This document shows positions 37,829 to 45,724 of a stretch of 64,000 nucleotides of DNA, in pieces. The stretch is taken from assembly GCA_049320885.1 (NCBI GenBank), contig JBMORA010000018.1, positions 80,119 through 144,118 on the forward strand, in the 5' to 3' direction. Source of the stretch: Thermodesulfobacteriota bacterium. GTDB taxonomy: Bacteria; Desulfobacterota; Desulfobacteria; Desulfobacterales; SURF-7. The position numbers and the translations under genes were made by a program. The notes under the pieces were generated by a model that did no database searches, was not told the origin of the DNA, and saw only the letters and a list, made by a program, of their open reading frames with translations. Positions within the stretch are counted from its first letter, which is position 1. Each line of letters starts with the position of its first letter.

Positions 37829-40501
37829 ATGACAGCAATATCCGATTCAACCGCAAAACCCGGCGAGCAGGCATCCGGCAAACCTCCCTTGCGGCTGGGT
37901 GATCTTCTGGTCAAGGAGGGCTATGTCACCCAGAATGCCATCGAGGAGGCCCTGCAGATCCAGAAGGAGGAAAAAGCGCTCACCAGTATTCCCCTCGGGA
38001 AAATCCTGGTCAACATGGGGGTGCTATCCGCGGATGATCTGGAATCCGCCCTGCAGCATCCCAAATTGCGAAAAAATATCGGCTCCATCGCGGTGGAAAT
38101 GGGGTTGGTGAAAAAAGAAGATCTCGAATTTTGCCTGATGAATAAAAAAAAGGGCCAGCTTACCGGCGAGGCCCTGGTGGAATACGGTTTTTTAACCAAC
38201 GAAGACGTCCATGAACTCCTCAAGGCCCAGATCAATTCCCTGAAACTCGGCGAGCTCTTGATTGAACAACGTCTGATCGCCGACAAGGACCTCCAGGACG
38301 CCCTGCGCGCCCAGAAATCCCCTAGAGCCCTCGGGGAAATTTTATGTGACATGGGCCGGATAAAGCCGGAAGAGCTGAATCTCGTTCTGGAAAAATACAA
38401 CAAGCAGGTCGAAATCGACGAGATCCTGATCCGAATGGGGTTCATCACCAAGGACAAGGTCGAGATCGCCAGAAAAGAACAACGCAACACCAAGGAACCC
38501 TTCGAACAGATCCTCCTGAAAAAAAAATACATCAATGCGGAGCAGCTCCAGTGCGCATTGGCGAAAAAGCACAACATTCCCTTCGAACGGCTGGCTGATT
38601 TCACCTATGAAGAACTGGACAGGCAGACACTTTCCTATCTGATCAGTCGAAAATACGCGGAAAAACATTTCCTTCTCCCGGTTTACAAGACCCAGGACAA
38701 GCTGACCGTCGCCATTCATAATCCGTCCCATATCCAGAATATAACCGAATTGAAACGGCTGTATTCCAACCTGCGGGTGGAGTGCATCCTGATTACCGAA
38801 GCCAAATTCGAGGAACTCTTTGAAATCCTTTACAGCAAAAGCATCCTGAGCCCAGGTGCCGGGATGGGCGAAGAGAAAGTCGAAAATGAAATCGATTTTC
38901 TGGAAATTGATCTGGATGAAGATTTCAGCGAGGGCCAGCAAAAAGGACCGAACCATGCAAATAAAGACGTTGAAGCCGAAGAAATTGTCAACTTCATCGT
39001 CAAATACGGGATTCTGAACGATGCCAGTGATATTCATTTGGAGCAGGACCGGGAGGGGGCCCGGTTGCGTTACCGCATTGACGGAATCCTGCAGGAATCC
39101 GATATCCGCTGGCTGGGAAAGAAACTTCCGGAAAAAATCAATGCCATCATCTCCCGGGTGAAGGTGATGTCGAATCTTGATATTTCCGAAAAACGCCTGC
39201 CCCAGGACGGCGTGTTCCGCATCAATTATTTCGACAAGGCCCGGAACAGCCATTTTGACCTGGATTTCCGGGTGGCGACCTGCCGGGCCCTCGCCGGTGA
39301 AAACCTGACCATCCGAATTCTAGATTCCCGCAAGGCGAATGTGGAGCTGGAAAATCTGGGGCATTCGGCCCATGTTATCGAACCGTTCAAACGGCTGCTG
39401 AAAAGCTCGGCGGGCATGATCCTGCTGACGGGCCCCACCGGGAGCGGAAAAACCTCCACGCTTTACGGCGCTTTGAGACAGGTGCACAACCCGGGTGTCA
39501 AGATCATCACCGCCGAGGACCCCATCGAATACAGCTTTCCCGGTGTCATGCAAACCCAGATTCAATCCAAGATCGGCCTGACGTTTTCCCGTCTGCTCCG
39601 GTCGTTCCTGCGTTTCGATCCGGACGTGATTCTGGTGGGAGAAATCAGGGACAACGAAACCGCCGCCATTGCCTTCGACGCGGCCCAAACCGGACATCTG
39701 CTGCTAAGCACCCTACATACCAACGATTCCATTTCCGCCATCCAACGGCTGGCGGATCTGGGGGTGGAAAACACACAAATCGCCTCCTGTGTTCTCTGCG
39801 TGCTGGCCCAAAGGCTGGTCCGGCGCATCTGCCCCTTCTGCAAAAAGGAATACGTCCCGGAGGAAGATGAATGGGGGCTTCTGTTTGACACATACCCATC
39901 CCATTTGAATTTTTTCCGCGGCGAAGGCTGCAAGTCGTGTAATTACAGCGGCTATAAAGGCAGAATTTTGCTATCCGAGATATTCATCATCGATAAGGAG
40001 ATGGGAACCGGGATCATTAAAGGCCTCAATGACATCCAGATCAAAAAAATGGCCATCGAGGCGGGCATGAAGTCCATGCTGGAGGACGGCCTGATGAAGC
40101 TGAAGGAGACCACTCTGTATGAAATCCTGCGCACCATCCCCCATGATATGATCGAAACCTTCCGGTTCCGGAAGTCGTTCCAGGAGAAAACAACCGATTT
40201 TATCGATCAGCTTTTCGCGAACACGTCGGAAAGCGCCCTGCTGAAAGTCACCACGGAAAGCTTTTCCCTTTCCAACCCGGAGACCGATGGTCGCGTGATC
40301 GAACAAATGTATGAAAAATACAACTTGCTGAGTTCCCTTGACGGCATCAAACCCCTGGCGGCGGACCTTGCGGTTTTCAGGGATTTTGTAACGGAAAACT
40401 ATTATGAAATATGCGGAAGATACGGATGCAGCCGGGTGACGTTTACGATACAAACCAAAGGAGACCGGATCGACTTTTCCGCGACGCCGGAACGGTCATA
40501 A
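37829..40501 (+). CDS. PilB/GspE family secretion/pilus ATPase with eight N-terminal MshEN-like motifs and a C-terminal extra domain
   Basis: ASDIHLE, LDISEKRLPQDG, GPTGSGKT, TAEDPIEY, DPDVILVGEIRD, GHLLLSTLHTND, CPFC/CKSC zinc motif. Confidence 0.93.
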   Translation: MTAISDSTAKPGEQASGKPPLRLGDLLVKEGYVTQNAIEEALQIQKEEKALTSIPLGKILVNMGVLSADDLESALQHPKLRKNIGSIAVEMGLVKKEDLEFCLMNKKKGQLTGEALVEYGFLTNEDVHELLKAQINSLKLGELLIEQRLIADKDLQDALRAQKSPRALGEILCDMGRIKPEELNLVLEKYNKQVEIDEILIRMGFITKDKVEIARKEQRNTKEPFEQILLKKKYINAEQLQCALAKKHNIPFERLADFTYEELDRQTLSYLISRKYAEKHFLLPVYKTQDKLTVAIHNPSHIQNITELKRLYSNLRVECILITEAKFEELFEILYSKSILSPGAGMGEEKVENEIDFLEIDLDEDFSEGQQKGPNHANKDVEAEEIVNFIVKYGILNDASDIHLEQDREGARLRYRIDGILQESDIRWLGKKLPEKINAIISRVKVMSNLDISEKRLPQDGVFRINYFDKARNSHFDLDFRVATCRALAGENLTIRILDSRKANVELENLGHSAHVIEPFKRLLKSSAGMILLTGPTGSGKTSTLYGALRQVHNPGVKIITAEDPIEYSFPGVMQTQIQSKIGLTFSRLLRSFLRFDPDVILVGEIRDNETAAIAFDAAQTGHLLLSTLHTNDSISAIQRLADLGVENTQIASCVLCVLAQRLVRRICPFCKKEYVPEEDEWGLLFDTYPSHLNFFRGEGCKSCNYSGYKGRILLSEIFIIDKEMGTGIIKGLNDIQIKKMAIEAGMKSMLEDGLMKLKETTLYEILRTIPHDMIETFRFRKSFQEKTTDFIDQLFANTSESALLKVTTESFSLSNPETDGRVIEQMYEKYNLLSSLDGIKPLAADLAVFRDFVTENYYEICGRYGCSRVTFTIQTKGDRIDFSATPERS

Positions 40502-40565
40502 ACCGGCGGTTCCTGATGACCACTATTACCCGGAAGCATCGATCCGATCCGAAAAAAAAGGTGCC

Positions 40566-41825
40566 ATGACAAGACTGCTTACCATCACAAGCGGTAAAGG
40601 CGGGGTAGGAAAAACCAATATCAGCATCAACCTGGCCCTCTATCTCGCGGCAAGGGGATTGCGTGTGTGTTTGTTCGACGCGGACCTGGGGCTGGCGAAC
40701 ATCAACGTCCTGTTAGGGATATATCCCCGGGAAACCCTCCGGGATGTGCTGTTCGGCCGGAAAAGCATGCAGGAAATCCTCATCCGGTACGAGGGCGGCA
40801 TTGACATTCTGCCCGGCAGTTCGGGTGTCGCGGACATGGTCGACCTGGACCAGGGCCAGGTGGAAAAACTGATCCGCTCCTTCCTGGCCATGGAGAATTA
40901 CGATTTCTTCCTTTTCGATACATCTGCGGGCATTGCCAAGGATGTTCTGGCCTTCTGTCTTGCAGCGCCGGAGTTGCTGGTGGTGATCACACCGGAACCA
41001 ACCTCCCTCACCGACGCCTATGCCCTGGTGAAAATTCTCGTCCACAGCGGCTATCAGGGAAAAATCCGGGTGGCGGTCAATTTATGCAAAAACGCTTCCC
41101 TGGCCAAGTCGGCTTACGGCAAATTCAAGGCGGCCGTCAAAAAATTTCTTGGTGTCGACGTCACTTCCCTGGGAATGATTTATGAAGACGAGGTCATGAC
41201 GCAGGCCGTCACCCAACAAAAACCGGTGGCGACTCTTTACCCGAAAACATACGCGGCCCAGGGAATTAAAAAACTGGCCGACCGCCTGATAGCCGACACC
41301 GAGGATTCCCTGGATGCAACCGGGATCAAAGCCTTTTGGGAAAAATGTCTGGCCGTCTTGAAACATCCCCCCCATTATGGCAACAAGTTGAAAATGGAAG
41401 CCGGGGCAGAGGGGAAAGACGGCCCGCCGTCACCGGCAGCCGGGAGCAACCCGGCACCCGTGGAGCCGATCCAGGCCGCGACCGAAATCGGACCGCACGA
41501 ACCTGCCGGTATTGCGGGAAAGACCACGGAAAACCCGCTCATCCCGCCTTTCCCAGCAGAACACAAACCCGCCATCAGCAATCAGACCCGGGATTCCGGG
41601 CCGGTCCGAATCGATTCCGGGGCAGTCCTCACTGGAATCGGCGGAGAGATCAACAAAACCTTGACCGCCATTGTGGAGGAACTGACGCGCGTGCGCCAAT
41701 CCATGGAAAAACTGGGTTCCGTTTCCATCCGGGATGGCCGGATAACGGATTCACGATCCGGGGCGACACCGCATCCGGAATCGATCACGCTTGATTTTGA
41801 AGCCTACAGCAAACGCCGACAATAG
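40566..41825 (+). CDS. FlhG/MinD family ATPase with long C-terminal extension
   Basis: SGKGGVGKT, DADLGLAN, DTSAGI, TPEPTSLTDAYALVK. Confidence 0.9.
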   Translation: MTRLLTITSGKGGVGKTNISINLALYLAARGLRVCLFDADLGLANINVLLGIYPRETLRDVLFGRKSMQEILIRYEGGIDILPGSSGVADMVDLDQGQVEKLIRSFLAMENYDFFLFDTSAGIAKDVLAFCLAAPELLVVITPEPTSLTDAYALVKILVHSGYQGKIRVAVNLCKNASLAKSAYGKFKAAVKKFLGVDVTSLGMIYEDEVMTQAVTQQKPVATLYPKTYAAQGIKKLADRLIADTEDSLDATGIKAFWEKCLAVLKHPPHYGNKLKMEAGAEGKDGPPSPAAGSNPAPVEPIQAATEIGPHEPAGIAGKTTENPLIPPFPAEHKPAISNQTRDSGPVRIDSGAVLTGIGGEINKTLTAIVEELTRVRQSMEKLGSVSIRDGRITDSRSGATPHPESITLDFEAYSKRRQ

Positions 41826-41840
41826 AAAGGGAGTATCATC

Positions 41841-42722
41841 TTGGCCCCGAAAACCGTCGAAGAATTGGTGAAACGCATCGATCAGATTCCCACGTTGCCC
41901 ATGGTGAGCAGTCAAATCATGCGACTGCTGGAGGACGAGAATGTCTCCATCAACAAACTGTCAGAACTGATAGAAAAGGACCAGGCACTGGCGGTGAAAA
42001 TCCTCAAAGTGGCCAATTCGTCGTTCTACGGGTCATTCTCGCAAACCAGTTCTATTGATTATGCCATCATGAAACTGGGCCTGGGTGAAGTCAAAGCCAT
42101 TCTCCACGCCTTTTCCATCCACAGCTTTTTTTCCCAGAAGTCGCCCGCCGGGTTTGATCGCGCGCAATTCTGGAAACACGCCATCATCTGCAGCCAGATC
42201 GCGCGGTATCTGGGGACCTATTTCAATATGGGCAAGGACGATACCCTCTTTTTGTCCGGTCTCATTCATGATCTGGGGAAAATCATCTTCGATCAATATT
42301 TCCATGACGATTTTCTGCAAATCATCCAGCTGGTCAACGACCATCACGAAAGTTTCAGCAAAGCGGAGAAGACCGTTCTCGGTTTCACGCATTACCAGGT
42401 GGCGGCGAAACTGCTGCAGAAATGGCAGTTCCCCAAAAAAATCATCATGCAGGTATTCTATCATCATGCACCCTGGAACGACGCCAATTTTTCCGCCGGT
42501 TCCATCGTCATCTATCTTGCCAACATTCTGACGAAACTGGCCGGGTACCCCTGTCTGGAATCCGAAAGGCCGCCGGATTTGAACGAATTCGCCGACTCCA
42601 ACGCCATGGCCCACATCGTCAAGAGCGGATTCGATCTGGATCGCGCCAGTCTTGAGACCTTGGTTAACAATATCCGGGAATTCATCAGTGGGGAGAGTGA
42701 AAATATGTTGCGTTTTTTCTGA
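41841..42722 (+). CDS. HDOD domain protein
   Basis: IPTLP, IEKDQALAVKILKVANSSFYG, FWKHAI, GLIHDLGK, THYQVAAKLLQKWQFP; TTG start with SD. Confidence 0.93.
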   Translation: MAPKTVEELVKRIDQIPTLPMVSSQIMRLLEDENVSINKLSELIEKDQALAVKILKVANSSFYGSFSQTSSIDYAIMKLGLGEVKAILHAFSIHSFFSQKSPAGFDRAQFWKHAIICSQIARYLGTYFNMGKDDTLFLSGLIHDLGKIIFDQYFHDDFLQIIQLVNDHHESFSKAEKTVLGFTHYQVAAKLLQKWQFPKKIIMQVFYHHAPWNDANFSAGSIVIYLANILTKLAGYPCLESERPPDLNEFADSNAMAHIVKSGFDLDRASLETLVNNIREFISGESENMLRFF

Positions 42723-42804
42723 TTCGGAACGAAATTGGCGAAGATGGGTATTTCCGGCAGCATTATTTTCAGGCTCCCGAAAACGGCATTCTATATCCGG
42801 CTTG

Positions 42805-44721
42805 ATGACACCCGATATGACCATGCAGCTGTCCAAGCAAGTCCGGCCGAAAAAGATCGGCCTTTTCTCAACCCCATGGCCTTTGTACAATCGGCCGTCC
42901 ATTCAATTGGGCGCGCTCCAGGCGTATCTCCGGCAGCAATTCCCGGAACTGCAGGTCATCTCCCACCATTTCTATCTGCAGCTGGCTGCGGCCCTGGGCT
43001 ATAGGACCTATCAGGAAATCAGCCGCAAATCCTGGCAGGCGGAAAGCGTCTACGCCGCCCTGCTGTATCCGGAACGAACCGCAATCCTCAAGAAATTATT
43101 CTACAAGGAAGCGGGCAGCGCCCCGGGAAAACCCATAGACTTCCATTCGCTGGTTTCCGCCGTCAAAACCGCAAGCGACGACCTGATCGGGAAAATCGAC
43201 TGGAACGCGTTTGGCCTTGCCGGTTTTTCCATCTGCTTTTGCCAGTTGACCTCGGCCTTGTATTTCATCCGTCAAATCAAACGGAGCCATCCCACCCTGC
43301 CGGTCGTCGTCGGAGGCTCCCTGGTTTCGGGTATCAATCCAGAAGAATTCTTTCCGGCCTTTCCCGAAATCGATTTTCTCATCCGGGGGGAAGGCGAAAA
43401 CCCCATCGGCCGCCTGGTGCAAACGATTTTAAAAGACGGCGTTTTCCCGGATACAACCGGAAATCCGGGTCTCCTGTCCAGAAATACCCGGCCTTCGGAA
43501 TTTCACCCGGCTTTTGACCAGGTGGATCAGCTCGATGGATTGCCGCTACCGATTTACGACGATTATTTCCGGTTGCTGGCAAGCTTTCCACCCGGTCTCC
43601 GGTTCTTTCCGAATCTCCCGGTGGAAATCTCCAGGGGCTGCTGGTGGGCGGCCGGCCAGGAAAAACGCGGGCAACGCGGCTGCGCCTTCTGCAATCTCAA
43701 TCTTCAATGGCAGGGGTATCGCCATAAAAGCCCATCCGTTGTCGTCCGCCAGATCGATGCATTGACTTCGCGCCATCAAAGCCTGTCTGTGTCGATTGTG
43801 GACAATGTGCTGCCCATGAAACAAGCGGCAACCATCTTTTCGAAACTGACTGGACTGGGGAAGGATCTGGATCTGTTTTGCGAGCTGCGCGCCGCTGTCC
43901 CACCCGCTGTATTGGCGGCAATGCGCAGGGCCGGGGTTCGAACAGTTCAGATCGGTATCGAGGCGCTCAGTTCCCGGCTTCTGCGGAAAATGAACAAAGG
44001 CGCCACGACGATTCAAAACATCGAAACCATGAAAAATTGCGAGGAACTCGGGATCGTCAACAGTTCAAACCTGATTCTCCATTTTCCGGGAAGCGATGAG
44101 GAAGACGTGGCGGAAACCCTTCGATGCCTCGAATTCGTTTTGCCCTTTCGGCCGCTGAAGGCCATCGAATTCCGGCTGGGTTCGGGGAGCCCGGTCATGA
44201 ACGGGGCAAAGCAATACGGGATCAAGGCAACATATAATCATCCCCATTATCGGTTGTTGCTGCCGCCGGAAACGTCGGACCGCGTCCAGTGGATCCACCG
44301 GGCCTATCGGGGAGATCTGCTCCACCAAAAAAAGCTCTGGAAGGAAGTGAAACTCAGAATCGCCGCCTGGCAGGCGGATTACGCCGCCCTGCGTCGGGAC
44401 AGCGACCAGGGGCCCATCCTGGGATATCAGGACGGCAGGGATTTTTTGATCATCCGCCAGAAACGTCCCGGCAAAGAGCCGCTCATCCATCGTCTGAAAG
44501 GCCGCTCCCGGGAAATATATCTTTTCTGCCGCCGCCGCCGGAAAGTGGGAAACATCCTGGCGCACTGGAAAGATGTCCCCGCGGACAAGCTGTTGTCCTT
44601 TCTTGCGATGATGGTGGAAAAACGATTGATGTTCGAAGAAAAGGGTGTCTATCTCAGCCTGGCTTCGGCCCTTGCGGCCTCCCAGACTTTTTCCATCCCG
44701 CTGCAATCACCCTATGAATGA
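42805..44721 (+). CDS. B12-binding radical SAM enzyme of the RiPP-maturation (TIGR03975-like) family
   Basis: PW...RPSIQLGALQAYL, VVVGG, RGEGE, EISRGCWW...CAFCNLN, VDNVL, VQIGIEALS..LLRKMNKG; start one of ATG 42805/42817/42823. Confidence 0.82.
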   Translation: MTPDMTMQLSKQVRPKKIGLFSTPWPLYNRPSIQLGALQAYLRQQFPELQVISHHFYLQLAAALGYRTYQEISRKSWQAESVYAALLYPERTAILKKLFYKEAGSAPGKPIDFHSLVSAVKTASDDLIGKIDWNAFGLAGFSICFCQLTSALYFIRQIKRSHPTLPVVVGGSLVSGINPEEFFPAFPEIDFLIRGEGENPIGRLVQTILKDGVFPDTTGNPGLLSRNTRPSEFHPAFDQVDQLDGLPLPIYDDYFRLLASFPPGLRFFPNLPVEISRGCWWAAGQEKRGQRGCAFCNLNLQWQGYRHKSPSVVVRQIDALTSRHQSLSVSIVDNVLPMKQAATIFSKLTGLGKDLDLFCELRAAVPPAVLAAMRRAGVRTVQIGIEALSSRLLRKMNKGATTIQNIETMKNCEELGIVNSSNLILHFPGSDEEDVAETLRCLEFVLPFRPLKAIEFRLGSGSPVMNGAKQYGIKATYNHPHYRLLLPPETSDRVQWIHRAYRGDLLHQKKLWKEVKLRIAAWQADYAALRRDSDQGPILGYQDGRDFLIIRQKRPGKEPLIHRLKGRSREIYLFCRRRRKVGNILAHWKDVPADKLLSFLAMMVEKRLMFEEKGVYLSLASALAASQTFSIPLQSPYE

Positions 44722-45704
44722 GGAGTAAGATGATCACGACACGCATCACCGAATTATTCGGCATCGAGCGTCCCATCGTCCAGGGCGGTCTGATGTGGAT
44801 CGCCCGGGCCGGCCTGGTTTCCGCGGTCGCCAATGCCGGCGGCATGGGTTTTATGACGGCCCTCACCTTTGCGGACCCGGAAGAATTCCGCGCCGAAATC
44901 CGGAATTGCCGGGAAAGGACATCAAAACCCTTCGGGGTGAACCTGACCTTTTTGCCCACCATGAGACCGCCTGACTATCCGGCCTATATCCGAATTTGTA
45001 TCGAGGAAGGCATCCGGTTCATCGAGACCGCAGGCCGTAATCCGGAGCCCTATATGGATCAAATCAAGTCGGCCGGCATCCGGGTTGTGCATAAATGCAC
45101 CTCGGTCCGTCACGCCCAAAAAGCGGAATCCATCGGTTGCGACGCCGTCAGCATCGATGGATTCGAAGCGGCCGGTCATCCGGGGGAAGACGATGTCACC
45201 TCCTTGATTCTGATTCCGTTGACCCGGGATGCCATCCGTATCCCCATCATCGCCTCCGGTGGGTTTTCTGATGGTCGCGGTCTTGTTGCGGCCCTGGCGC
45301 TAGGCGCGGACGGAATCAACATGGGAACCCGTTTCGTGGCCACAAAGGAAGCACCGGTGCATGAAAACGTCAAACAGGCCCTGATCAGCCACAACGAGCG
45401 CGACACCCGGCTGATCATGCGGACGCTTCGAAATACCGAACGGGTGATGCACAACGAAGCCGTCAATCAGGTCCTTGCCATTGAAAAAAGGGGCGACACC
45501 AGGATCGAGGAGATCGCACCCTTCGTTTCCGGCCTTGTGGGCAAGGAAATGCTGATAGACGGGGACATGGAAAAAGGGACCCTGGCGGCAGGCCAGAGCA
45601 TGGGGCTGATCCGCGATATCCCGAGCTGCCGGGAACTGCTGGACCGCATCATGGTCCAGGCGGAAGGCATCATCAAAGACGGACTGCTTTCGTCTTTGTC
45701 CTGA
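44718..45704 (+). CDS. Nitronate monooxygenase / FabK-like flavin oxidoreductase
   Basis: PIVQGG, KPFGVN, DGFEAAGHPG, IIASGGFSDGRG, LGADGINMGTRF. Confidence 0.9.
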   Translation: MRSKMITTRITELFGIERPIVQGGLMWIARAGLVSAVANAGGMGFMTALTFADPEEFRAEIRNCRERTSKPFGVNLTFLPTMRPPDYPAYIRICIEEGIRFIETAGRNPEPYMDQIKSAGIRVVHKCTSVRHAQKAESIGCDAVSIDGFEAAGHPGEDDVTSLILIPLTRDAIRIPIIASGGFSDGRGLVAALALGADGINMGTRFVATKEAPVHENVKQALISHNERDTRLIMRTLRNTERVMHNEAVNQVLAIEKRGDTRIEEIAPFVSGLVGKEMLIDGDMEKGTLAAGQSMGLIRDIPSCRELLDRIMVQAEGIIKDGLLSSLS

Positions 45705-45724
45705 ATCATTACAGGACCCATTGG

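Noticed and set aside
42652..42804. Upstream extension of the radical SAM ORF, or a precursor peptide in the gap after HDOD
   Set aside because: Overlaps the HDOD gene end; no separate short ORF with an SD or precursor-like composition was seen
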